Under the pieces are notes generated by a model that was not told the origin of the DNA, did not search any database, and was given only the letters and a program-made list of their open reading frames with translations. Made by a program: the position numbers and the translations under genes. From positions 288,001-352,000 of the forward strand of contig CBEUCH010000001.1 of assembly GCA_965541585.1 (NCBI GenBank): a stretch of DNA of 64,000 bases. The letters run 5' to 3'. Positions 28,212-37,569 of this stretch are shown piece by piece. Source of the stretch: an uncultured bacterium. Lineage in GTDB: Bacteria; Zixibacteria; MSB-5A5; UBA10806. Every line of letters begins with the position of its first letter. Position 1 is the first letter of the stretch.

Positions 28212-29920
28212 GGAAATATAAAAATCATATAGCTGAGAGAATTTCCAGGCTGGTCGGGGTCGGGAAGCCGGACGTGGAATCGTATATCGAGGTACCGCCA
28301 TCGGAGGAGATGGGGGATCTGGCATTCCCATGCTTTTCTCTGGCAAAAACCCTGAGGAAATCGCCTGCGGATATCGCCCGGGATCTCCAATCCGGACTCA
28401 CCAGCGATGATTTGATCGAGCGAATCGAGGCCAAAGAGGCTTACCTCAATTTCTTCTTTGTTAAAAACGCTCTCATGGCAGATGTTATTTCTGAAATCTT
28501 ACGGGCGGATGAAGATTACGGCAAGAGCAGCGCTGGCTCGGAGAAAACGATCGTCATTGAATATTCATCTCCGAATATCGCCAAGCCTTTCGGAATAGGC
28601 CATCTGAGATCTACCGTCATCGGGGCAGCCCTTAAGAGGATTTTCCGCCACCTGGGGTATAAGGTGGTCGGCCTCAATCACCTCGGGGATTGGGGCACAC
28701 AGTTCGGGAAGCTATTATACGCCTTCAGGAATTGGGGGAATGAATCGGAGTTGCAGAGGAAACCGATAGAGCATCTTTATGATCTCTATGTAAAAATCCA
28801 CCAGCAGGAGGAGGAAGATCCTGCTCTACTTGAGTCAACCAGAGCCGAGTTTAAAAAGCTCGAGGAAGGTGATCCGGAGAGCCTGGCTTTATGGAAACGT
28901 TTTTCCGATCTCAGCAAAAGGGAATTCGAAAAGATATACGATATGCTGGGGACTGAGTTTGAAGGCGATGCAGGAGAATCGTTTTATATCGACAGGATAC
29001 CGGAAACCGAGAATATTCTAAAAGATGCATCGCTTATCGTGGAAAGTCGCGATGCCACCATAGTAGATCTTGAAGAATACGGTATGCCTCCCATGCTGAT
29101 AAGGAAAAGCGACGATACGACACTATATGCCACACGGGACTTGGCGGCAGCCATCTATAGAAAACAAGAATACGACTTCAACGAGATGGTATATGTGGTA
29201 GGCGTGGCGCAATCCCTCTATTTCCAGCAATTATTCAAAGTCCTGGAGCTGATGGGATTCAGCTGGGCTGCAAATTGCCATCATATCAGCTTCGGATGGG
29301 TTAAGCTGGGCGATGAGATGATGTCCACGCGCCGGGGCAATATTGTCTTTCTGGATGACGTTATATCGAGAACCATTGAAAAAACAGAGAAAATCATCGA
29401 GGAAAACAGCCCGGATTTACCGAATCCCGATAAGGTGGCGTTCGACGTGGGGATTGGGGCGGTGATTTTTGCCGATCTTTCCTGCCGCCGGGAGACCGAT
29501 ATCGCTTTCGATTGGGACAGGATGCTCGATTTCAAAGGGTATTCTGGTCCTTATCTGCAATACTCTCATGCCCGAATCTGCAGCGTTCTGCGAAAATACG
29601 GAAAGGAATTGCCATCGAGCTGCGACGCTCGGCTGTTGCAACTGCCTGAGGAGTACGCCCTCGCTAAATTGCTGGCCTTATATCCCGATATAATAGAAAA
29701 GGCCGCAAAAGAATTCGAACCGTATCATATTTCATCTTTTTTACTTGAGCTTTGCGGTATTTTTAACACATATTATCAGAAGTATCGATCTCCGGAGGAC
29801 CGGATCCTTTCGTCGGATGCAGATACTACAAGGTCGAGGCTGGCATTGACCGGATGCATCAGGATCGTACTTAGCTCGGGTTTGAAGCTGCTTGGGCTTT
29901 CAGCACCGGAAATGATGTAG
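28208..29920 (+). CDS. argS: Arginine--tRNA ligase
   Basis: EYSSPNIAKPFGIGHLRS, NHLGDWGTQFG, YATRDLAA, MSTRRG, GPYLQYSHAR, terminal APEMM. Confidence 0.96.
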   Translation: MRKYKNHIAERISRLVGVGKPDVESYIEVPPSEEMGDLAFPCFSLAKTLRKSPADIARDLQSGLTSDDLIERIEAKEAYLNFFFVKNALMADVISEILRADEDYGKSSAGSEKTIVIEYSSPNIAKPFGIGHLRSTVIGAALKRIFRHLGYKVVGLNHLGDWGTQFGKLLYAFRNWGNESELQRKPIEHLYDLYVKIHQQEEEDPALLESTRAEFKKLEEGDPESLALWKRFSDLSKREFEKIYDMLGTEFEGDAGESFYIDRIPETENILKDASLIVESRDATIVDLEEYGMPPMLIRKSDDTTLYATRDLAAAIYRKQEYDFNEMVYVVGVAQSLYFQQLFKVLELMGFSWAANCHHISFGWVKLGDEMMSTRRGNIVFLDDVISRTIEKTEKIIEENSPDLPNPDKVAFDVGIGAVIFADLSCRRETDIAFDWDRMLDFKGYSGPYLQYSHARICSVLRKYGKELPSSCDARLLQLPEEYALAKLLALYPDIIEKAAKEFEPYHISSFLLELCGIFNTYYQKYRSPEDRILSSDADTTRSRLALTGCIRIVLSSGLKLLGLSAPEMM

Positions 29921-29972
29921 AAGAAAAGAACGTATCGAACTAATAGAAAGTCATAGGAATGAGAATTCGGAT

Positions 29973-31346
29973 ATGGATAAGGTAATAAATCCCATAAAGA
30001 GCCTCAGGGCTACCGTGAGATTACCCGGCGATACTGCGATTTCCCACAGGGCGGCCCTTCTTGCATCCATATGCAACGGCCAGGTGGAGATTAAGAATTA
30101 TTCCGCGGGGCTGGAATGCCACACCACTCTGGACTGCCTGGCTCAACTGGGCGTCGAGATCGAACATGACGAGAGTAATCTCGTTATCCATGGCAAGGGG
30201 CTTAAGGGAATTGAGCAGCCGGACGGGCCCGTTAACGTTAAGAATTCGGCGGCGACGGCGAGAATGCTTTGCGGGATTCTTGCGGCCGCAGAATTTGAAT
30301 CGGAACTCGTCTGTGGCGAATCGATATGCAACCTGCCGATGCGGCGAGTAATAGAGCCGCTGAGGCAAATGGGCGCTGAGATTGAATCCGATAATTACAA
30401 AATGCCCTTGAAGATAAAAGGAGCAAAGCTTCAGGGGATCCAATACGCCATGCCGGTTTCATCATCGCAAGTAAAGGGAACGCTTCTCTTGGCCGGATTG
30501 CTGGCCGACGGCAAGACTGAAATTATCGAGCGCATTTCCAGCCGGGATCATTTTGAGAGGTTGCTGACATATTTCGGCATCAAGTTGAAGAAGAGCAGGA
30601 TAGAGCCTAAACCATCCGATGAGGATCCGCTTATAAGAAGATTCAAGAAGGAAACCGGAGTTGTCTCGCCCGATCTGAAAGGTGATATGATCACGATCAT
30701 GGGAGGGCAGCAGATCGCCCAGAGATCGCTGACCATCCCCGGCGATATTTCCTCAGCCGCTTATTACATAATTGCAGGATTGCTTGTGAAGAATTCGGTG
30801 GTGAGAGTGGAGAATGTCAGCCTGAATGCCACCCGCATGGGATTTGTGGATGTCCTGCAAAAAATGAGGGCTCCGATAACGGTCGAGCAGGTGGGAGAGA
30901 TGGGTTTTGAACCGTACGGCACCATTGAGATCAAATCGGCGGAGATAAAGGGCAGGAGAATGGTTGGAGAGCTTATCCCCAGCATCATAGATGAGCTGGC
31001 GGTAATGGCCATAGTGTCCGCGGCTGCCCAGGGGACATCTGTCATTCGCGACGCATACGAGTTGCGTAACCAGAAGATAGACAGGATCAAATCGATAGCC
31101 ACCAATCTGAGAAGAATGGGGATCAAAGTCGGAGAACTCGACGATGGCATGGCAATCGATGGCGGTACCGGTCTGGAGGGAGCAGAGATTGACAGTTTCG
31201 GCGATCATAGAATCGCCATGTCGTTTGCCGTCGCCGGCCTCATAGCCGACGGCCCCACGGTAATCAAGGATGCAGAATGTGTCGATATTAGCTATCCGGG
31301 ATTCTGGGATGATTTTGATCGTTTCGCAAGCGGGCAGTCAGTTTAG
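29973..31346 (+). CDS. EPSP synthase (AroA)-like protein with substituted active-site residues
   Basis: Class II AroA framework (ISHRA, SSQVK, SRDH, PGDISSA, IDE, GDHRIAMSF) with several catalytic motifs altered. Confidence 0.85.
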   Translation: MDKVINPIKSLRATVRLPGDTAISHRAALLASICNGQVEIKNYSAGLECHTTLDCLAQLGVEIEHDESNLVIHGKGLKGIEQPDGPVNVKNSAATARMLCGILAAAEFESELVCGESICNLPMRRVIEPLRQMGAEIESDNYKMPLKIKGAKLQGIQYAMPVSSSQVKGTLLLAGLLADGKTEIIERISSRDHFERLLTYFGIKLKKSRIEPKPSDEDPLIRRFKKETGVVSPDLKGDMITIMGGQQIAQRSLTIPGDISSAAYYIIAGLLVKNSVVRVENVSLNATRMGFVDVLQKMRAPITVEQVGEMGFEPYGTIEIKSAEIKGRRMVGELIPSIIDELAVMAIVSAAAQGTSVIRDAYELRNQKIDRIKSIATNLRRMGIKVGELDDGMAIDGGTGLEGAEIDSFGDHRIAMSFAVAGLIADGPTVIKDAECVDISYPGFWDDFDRFASGQSV

Positions 31347-31369
31347 CTGGCAGGCAAGGAAACTGGGTC

Positions 31370-31798
31370 ATTAAAAGAAAATTTATTCTCGCAAGCAGCA
31401 TAGGATTCAGGCGGGGAGTCTCCGTTTTTGTGCAGCTTTGCACCATAATCATACCTGTTTATGTTGTAACGGCATTGCTCAAACTCACTCCCTTCTTTGA
31501 ATACGTGGGCGGGATATTCGAGCCTTTCATGAAATTTATCGGCCTGCCGGGTGAATCCGCTGTAGCGATTGTCACGGGAACATTCGTGAATCTCTATGCG
31601 GCGGCGGCTGTGGTGGCCGATCTTGAAATGGATGCCAGACAGCTGACGATTCTGGCGCTGATTCTGGGCATATCCCACTCACAGATTATGGAAACAGCAA
31701 TTATCGGCAAAATGCGAGCCAGGCCATATCTGGTGACACCCCTCAGGGTGATATTTTCGCTTTGCGCCGGGTTCATTTTGAATCTCATGTTAGTGTAA
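31370..31798 (+). CDS. Nucleoside-recognition (Gate) domain membrane protein, first half of a split pair
   Basis: PFMKFIGLPGESA..NLYAA..ISHS..E pattern. Track start is 31430; frame is open to an ATT at 31370. Confidence 0.7.
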   Translation: MKRKFILASSIGFRRGVSVFVQLCTIIIPVYVVTALLKLTPFFEYVGGIFEPFMKFIGLPGESAVAIVTGTFVNLYAAAAVVADLEMDARQLTILALILGISHSQIMETAIIGKMRARPYLVTPLRVIFSLCAGFILNLMLV

Positions 31799-31802
31799 GA
31801 TC

Positions 31803-32240
31803 ATGCAATTTTTGCTGGATACAGGCCTGGGACTGCTTAGCCTTCTGGTAAAGGTCTTCCTCATAGTTGTTCCCTTAATGATGCTGCTTGAGATCTTTCG
31901 AGAATACGAGCTGCTTGATAAGATAACGGGCGCTGTCCGTCGCCCGGCAGGGAAACTGGGATTCAAACGGAATTCCATTTATCCGTTGCTGGCGGGTGTC
32001 ATCTTCGGCATTTCGTATGGCGGTGGCGTTTTGATAGGAGAATCCCGCGCTGGACGAATAAAGGGAAATCAGAATTTTCTGGTGGCGCTTTATCTGGGGC
32101 TCTGCCATGCGGTATTTGAAGATACGTTGATATTTGCATCTCTGGGGGCAAACGGATTGATTGTCTTATCGTCGCGGTTGCTTCTGGCGACAGCGGTTGT
32201 TTTCGTAGTATCTTTTATCATAGGAGAACGAGGCGATTAG
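31803..32240 (+). CDS. Nucleoside-recognition (Gate) domain membrane protein, second half
   Basis: GVIFGISYGGGVLI, LCHAVFEDTLIF. Confidence 0.8.
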   Translation: MQFLLDTGLGLLSLLVKVFLIVVPLMMLLEIFREYELLDKITGAVRRPAGKLGFKRNSIYPLLAGVIFGISYGGGVLIGESRAGRIKGNQNFLVALYLGLCHAVFEDTLIFASLGANGLIVLSSRLLLATAVVFVVSFIIGERGD

Positions 32241-32604
32241 CAGGAAGAGCTTTGGAGATAGAGCCGAGAGGATAGCCGCAGATTATCTGATTTCCGAAAA
32301 TTTCAATATCGAAGCGGTGAAGTGGCGTGAGAGTCGCTATGAACTTGATATAGTGGCCAGGAGAGCCGGCCTCCTGGTCTTCGTTGAGGTGAAAGCCTCC
32401 AGCAGCGATACCTTCGGCCCCCCGGAACTTCGAGTGAATCGTACCAAGCAAAAAAGAATAGCCGCCGCCGCCCAGGAGTATCTCTCAGGGATTGAATATC
32501 AACCGGATGAAATCCGATTCGACGTTATCGGTGTCGTCTGGCGGGAAGGGGAAAAGCCCGGGATAAGCCATGTCGAATCGGCATTTATTGTCGAGGATTA
32601 TTAG
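32236..32604 (+). CDS. yraN: YraN (UPF0102) PD-(D/E)xK nuclease-like protein
   Basis: G..AE..A..YL, ELDIVA, LVFVEVK, KQKRI, IRFDVI..HVESAF. Start inferred at ATT 32236 (track 32317). Confidence 0.85.
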   Translation: MSRKSFGDRAERIAADYLISENFNIEAVKWRESRYELDIVARRAGLLVFVEVKASSSDTFGPPELRVNRTKQKRIAAAAQEYLSGIEYQPDEIRFDVIGVVWREGEKPGISHVESAFIVEDY

Positions 32605-32960
32605 AAATTAAAAATAGTATCGGGAGTGTGTTTATTCTTCAGAGAATCGAGCCTGCCGACTATTCTTTCCCAGAGCAATAGCCGCCTTCCTGTGTCATCA
32701 GAAATACTTTCGATATGCTGCAGCATCCAGCTGGAATCCGTGCCGTTCCGTGAAAAAATCCGCTCATATGCCAGTATCAGGGAATCGGGATCGCGCGTGA
32801 ACATCTCCCTGGCTACCGCCAGTTGCGTGTAGGTTGAAACGAATTTGTCGTCATCGTTAGAGGTGGGATCTGCGCTCCGATATCGCTGAAATTGCATAAC
32901 CGCGATGGCGGTTATTGCAGCGAATAGAACAATAATGACAAGAAGGCGTTTAGCCGCCAT
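32601..32960 (-). CDS. Hypothetical exported or membrane-anchored helical protein
   Basis: N-terminal hydrophobic segment; overlaps the end of the PPIase gene. Confidence 0.65.
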   Translation of the reverse strand: MAAKRLLVIIVLFAAITAIAVMQFQRYRSADPTSNDDDKFVSTYTQLAVAREMFTRDPDSLILAYERIFSRNGTDSSWMLQHIESISDDTGRRLLLWERIVGRLDSLKNKHTPDTIFNF

Positions 32961-34809
32961 AATAGAAGGACCGATAGTCTTCTATTTCTGCATTTTGCTT
33001 AGCCGAGTTTATCCATCTCGACCAGATTTCTCGACGTTCTTTATCCTGTGTGTTTTGCAGGAGAGAATCCTGCTGGGCGGCCAATAGCGTTGTATCGGCC
33101 GCTTGCCGGTCGACATATTTTAAGATATAGGACCCGGCACGAGATTCAACGGCCCTTGAAATCGGATTGTCCTCCGATAAGCTGAAGGCGGCCCCGATGA
33201 ATTCCGGATCGGAACCGATTTTGGGGACAAATTCATAGCGAGCGAAGTAGTCGGTTTCCTCGATTTGCTTTCCATCAGATGCGGCCATATCTTCGAATGA
33301 TTTCCCGTCCTCGATGTTTTGGCGAAGTCCGGCAGCGTGTTTTTGTGCCTCCTCGATTTGCTTTTGTGATAGCAGAGTTCGCTCGACCCGGTCTCTCACC
33401 TCCTCGAAAGGACTATAGCCCAGGGGGATCCTTTCATCGAGCTGGCAGACTATAAGAGAGTTTCTGGCAAGGATTACATCTGATATGTCACCGGCTTTAG
33501 CATCAAAGGCAAAATCGCTGATCTCCGGCACCGATCCGAGCTTTGGGATAAATCCACTCTTCGAAAAGGGTCCAGTCTTAATTATATCCATCTCGAAATC
33601 CTCGGCTGACTCTTCGAAACCATAGACAACGGCGTCCTGGACGAAACCGTTGGCCTTTTCCTCGATCGCAGCCAGGGTCGAAGGCGATGCAAAGACTTTC
33701 AGGAGGATATGGCTGGCTTTATATTCCATAGCCGGTTCATCTGCGGCGTCGTCCGGCTCCACCTCCCTTTTCCCGGTCAATTTCAAGATATGCAATCCAA
33801 ATTGGGTCTTCACCGGTTCGGAGATGTCGCTGATATTTTCCAGTTTCGACGCAGCTTCCCAGAATGGCTGGACCATTTTCCCTTCGCCGAACCATCCCAG
33901 ATCGCCCCCTTTGCTCCCTGAGCCGGTATCTTCCGAGAACTCTTTGGCCATCTCGGCGAAATTGGCCCCGGCCATCAGCTCGTTGTAAAGGGAATCCATA
34001 CGTTGCCGTACTATAGCTAAATCTTCGTCGCCCGGAGATTTGACGAACTGGATGTAGGAGACGGCGACCTGCTCGGGACTTCTGTAATTTTCCTTATCGG
34101 CTTCGTATTTAGAGAGGATCTCAGATTCCGGTATATCTGCAATTGAATCCTCGAAATCACTTCTCGGAATGAGGATATATTTTACCTTAACCTTTTCATT
34201 CTTCTCGATGAATGAATCTCTGACTTCGGCCTCCGTTACACGCACCATCGACGTTATAAATTCCTGTAATCTATTGATCAATAGCTGTTGCCTGATCTGA
34301 TCTTCGAAGCCGCTGATAAACCTTAATAGATCCGGTTGATTGGATGACGCCATCTGTTGAAGCCATACCTGATATTTCTGGATATCGAAATAGCCATCGG
34401 TCTGGAATTCCGGCAACTGTAATAGATCCTGCGGGGGACTTATCCGCATATACTCGGCCACCTCGGCGGTAGTAATCTCTATACCGTGACGCCTGGCTTG
34501 GATTTCCAGGGTGGTTATGGTTATCAAATTATTCCAGATCTCGTCTCTGATCTTCTCCATCTGCTCTTCGGTCGTTTCTTCATCTTCCTGGAGCAAGGCC
34601 CGCAGACGAGGCCGATAGACATTCTCGAAGACCATCAATGGTATGTCTATGCCATCGACCGTACCTATCACTCCGGGCGGCGCAGCCTTCCCACCCCGTG
34701 TGGGGTCCGCGAAGATCGATGTCAAGCCTTGGAGTATCATAAAGCCGGCAAAGGCTATAAGGACGAAAAAGAATACTATTTTCGCGGAATTCCGCATTGT
34801 CTGCATCAT
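32950..34809 (-). CDS. PpiD/SurA-family parvulin peptidyl-prolyl isomerase
   Basis: N-terminal TM, SurA_N region, FAEMAKEFSED.GS..KGGDLGWF..MVQPF..PVKTQFGLHI. Confidence 0.9.
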   Translation of the reverse strand: MMQTMRNSAKIVFFFVLIAFAGFMILQGLTSIFADPTRGGKAAPPGVIGTVDGIDIPLMVFENVYRPRLRALLQEDEETTEEQMEKIRDEIWNNLITITTLEIQARRHGIEITTAEVAEYMRISPPQDLLQLPEFQTDGYFDIQKYQVWLQQMASSNQPDLLRFISGFEDQIRQQLLINRLQEFITSMVRVTEAEVRDSFIEKNEKVKVKYILIPRSDFEDSIADIPESEILSKYEADKENYRSPEQVAVSYIQFVKSPGDEDLAIVRQRMDSLYNELMAGANFAEMAKEFSEDTGSGSKGGDLGWFGEGKMVQPFWEAASKLENISDISEPVKTQFGLHILKLTGKREVEPDDAADEPAMEYKASHILLKVFASPSTLAAIEEKANGFVQDAVVYGFEESAEDFEMDIIKTGPFSKSGFIPKLGSVPEISDFAFDAKAGDISDVILARNSLIVCQLDERIPLGYSPFEEVRDRVERTLLSQKQIEEAQKHAAGLRQNIEDGKSFEDMAASDGKQIEETDYFARYEFVPKIGSDPEFIGAAFSLSEDNPISRAVESRAGSYILKYVDRQAADTTLLAAQQDSLLQNTQDKERREIWSRWINSAKQNAEIEDYRSFYYGG

Positions 34810-34973
34810 AATATCAACTCTCCACTCTCATTCCATCCTGTAATTATTTCGGCAAGATCTCTCAAAACCCCATAATATAAGGCTATTATACTTCATCGCA
34901 AGCAGAAAAGGGAACTGTGATCGGCATCAGAGTGATATCCTATGACTGGATTAACCATAGGGGAATATACATG

Positions 34974-36701
34974 TTAGCTATTTCCGTTGTCGGCGAGATC
35001 AATTAGAGCATTCTGGAGCCTGATATGCTTCTGGAGAAGCCTTATATAGTTCTTCTCTCGTCCGGCAGCCTTAGATCTAATTATCCTCGACAGGAGTCGT
35101 TTTTCGGATCCGCTCCAGGTTGACAGGCCGGGGATTGACGCCAGAATGAGGCTCCAGCGTCTGAATTGAAGCCGTTCGGAAGCCGTCCACGATTTTAAAT
35201 TGTCCACGCCAAGAACGTTTTTTGCGAATTTCATTGAATCCCGCTCTGCTTCTCGGCCGTCTCCTGAATAATTTTCTGCTATCATGCGAGTCAGGGAAAA
35301 AGCGATCCTCGAAACCTGAAGCTCCTCGTAGGGCTCTTCGATCATCGGCCTCAGATCAATCACCATATCGCTCAGGGCCAGTTTCTTTAATGTCTTGATA
35401 TCCGTGCGATAAGCTCTATCCTTGCGTATTCTCGACCACTCATTCTGTGCCAGTTCATTTATCCCGGGGTCGATTGATCGAAATCCGAGCTTGAAATAGA
35501 ACCAGAACGAACCTGATTGAAGCCCCTCCTCATTTTCGTGGCCGACCTGCCACTGGCGCATAAGAAATGCTCTCGCACCGAAGTGGTGATAAAAGACCCT
35601 TAAAAAATGTTCGAAGATCAACGATGCTTCCCCCGAACGGAAAGTATCGAAAACATTTATCGCAATCTCGCATCGCTCAAAGAGTAAAACTGCGATCCCG
35701 TAGCCTATGGGAACGCCATTTTTGATCAACAGAGCACTGTAGTTGGTCTCCAGCGGCATCCGGTCATCGGCACGCATTCCCAGTATGAAAATCTCCAGCC
35801 CCCGCCCCGGTGATGTTAAGTATACCTCCGCAGGGTTGGCGTAAAGGACAGGATAGAGTTCTCTGTGACGGGGCAACTGGGCTCGAATGAGAGTATCTAT
35901 GATCTCCGAACCGGCCTTCGCCGACAAAAGCGAAATTTCCGGCGCCGTCTTTTTGACAGATTTTCTGAGATCGATCTTCTGCTTTTTCAATGGCACTCTC
36001 TGGAAATATATTTTCCGGGGAGGATTCTTGGCCAGGGTCCGAGCTGCCCTGGTCATTCCGAGATGCCATATGAGCGTCAATTCAGAATTATCATACAGAT
36101 ACTGTTTTATCTCGAACGGGGCCTGGATCCGGTTGAGCTTCTCCAGAAGCCAGCTTAAGGAGGTCTGGCTGTTGCCGACTGCTCTTGTAATCCAGTCCTC
36201 GGTGGTAAGATCTTCATCATCGACACCATCGTTCTCCATATACAATGCAAACATACTCAACATTCCCGAGATCGGGTCGGACTCCTTCTCCGCATAATCG
36301 TCCCAGTCTATATCCACCGACGGGCCATAATTGTCCACCAGCCAGCGGGTCATATGGATATTGTAAGGATAGTGAATCCTGGTATCCACTATGCCGGTAT
36401 CATCGATCCTGTCATCATCGGGCCCGTTGACCTCCCTGAAGTATTCGACTCTCCCTGCAAAATCGGCCAGCTCATTGTCAATCAGCTTTAGAAGAAGGGA
36501 ATTATCCGGATAAGCCTGTAGAAAACACAATGTTTCGTGGTATTTGATAAGAAGTCGAGGATTCCTGATCCTGCTTTCTCTGAGTTTTTCGATGACGGCG
36601 ATTTTTCTCTTCGCGTCTGACGGCGAAAATAGAGCCTTAAGCCCTGCAAGCGATTCAATCAGTTGATTGGTTCTGGCGGTGGGTGTTAATCTTCTGGTCA
36701 T
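34974..36701 (-). CDS. Conserved-looking hypothetical protein with possible GNAT-like segment
   Basis: 575-aa ORF with RBS; contains GSFWFYFKLGFR. Confidence 0.7.
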   Translation of the reverse strand: MTRRLTPTARTNQLIESLAGLKALFSPSDAKRKIAVIEKLRESRIRNPRLLIKYHETLCFLQAYPDNSLLLKLIDNELADFAGRVEYFREVNGPDDDRIDDTGIVDTRIHYPYNIHMTRWLVDNYGPSVDIDWDDYAEKESDPISGMLSMFALYMENDGVDDEDLTTEDWITRAVGNSQTSLSWLLEKLNRIQAPFEIKQYLYDNSELTLIWHLGMTRAARTLAKNPPRKIYFQRVPLKKQKIDLRKSVKKTAPEISLLSAKAGSEIIDTLIRAQLPRHRELYPVLYANPAEVYLTSPGRGLEIFILGMRADDRMPLETNYSALLIKNGVPIGYGIAVLLFERCEIAINVFDTFRSGEASLIFEHFLRVFYHHFGARAFLMRQWQVGHENEEGLQSGSFWFYFKLGFRSIDPGINELAQNEWSRIRKDRAYRTDIKTLKKLALSDMVIDLRPMIEEPYEELQVSRIAFSLTRMIAENYSGDGREAERDSMKFAKNVLGVDNLKSWTASERLQFRRWSLILASIPGLSTWSGSEKRLLSRIIRSKAAGREKNYIRLLQKHIRLQNALIDLADNGNS

Positions 36702-36933
36702 TACTGCTTCCCTGTATTGGCGCTATATGATATTATAAGATTGATGGTTGAATTTTCACAGCAGTTTATTGGGGAGCGTAGGGCAATGCCGGGCATATAA
36801 CCTCTAACCTGCTACGAGAAAACGTCTTAATCCTTCGCATATCCGCTTATAACCGAAAACGATTCGCTATAGCGTCGAAAAAGAGAAATAATTTCGTCTA
36901 AAAAACGAAACCTTCTTATGCAACATCCGTAAT

Positions 36934-36960
36934 ATAACGCATGTTAGATAACAAATGTTT
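36934..36960. promoter_or_regulatory. Tandem palindromic operator candidate for the TetR regulator
   Basis: TAAC-GCAT-GTTA and TAAC-AAAT-GTTT at 14-bp period just upstream of the tetR-like gene. Confidence 0.55.
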
Positions 36961-36974
36961 GATTTGGAGATGAT

Positions 36975-37541
36975 ATGCCGCCAAAAACCGTTTTTACAAG
37001 AAATGATGTAATAGAGGCCGCATTCGAGATTGTGCAAAGGCAAGGGATGCACGAGCTTACAGCTCGCAAAGTGGCCTTGGAGTTAGAATCGTCCACAGCC
37101 CCCGTCTATAGCAATTTCGATTCGATGAAACTTCTCGAACGCGAGGTGATCAGGAAAGCCAAGGATTTGCTTTTAGGCTATACCAAAAGACCGTATACCA
37201 AAAGAGTGTTTCTGAATATGGGTACCGGATACGCCATATTTGCACGGGAACATTGCAAGCTTTTCAGCGCCATATTTTTAGAGAGGGGCGACTTCAAAGA
37301 TATTGTCGATGAGTTTTTAGAGTCATTAAGGAAAGAGTTGGTAAATGACAAGAGATTTACCACTATGTCTTCCGAACGCAGGGACGCTCTTCTTTTGAAG
37401 ATGTGGATATTCACTCACGGTCTCGCCACACTGATATGCGTGGGACTTTCTGAGGACAATAGCGACGAGTACATAATCAAAACTCTTTTGGCCGTAGGCG
37501 GCGCCGTTATCGGGGCGGCCCTGGCTCAACCCGAAAATTAA
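36975..37541 (+). CDS. TetR/AcrR family transcriptional regulator
   Basis: HTH (LTARKVA..STAPVYSNF) and WHG-type C-terminus (WIFTHGLA). Confidence 0.88.
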   Translation: MPPKTVFTRNDVIEAAFEIVQRQGMHELTARKVALELESSTAPVYSNFDSMKLLEREVIRKAKDLLLGYTKRPYTKRVFLNMGTGYAIFAREHCKLFSAIFLERGDFKDIVDEFLESLRKELVNDKRFTTMSSERRDALLLKMWIFTHGLATLICVGLSEDNSDEYIIKTLLAVGGAVIGAALAQPEN

Positions 37542-37569
37542 TTATCTAAATTTTTACAGGAGAAGTAAG

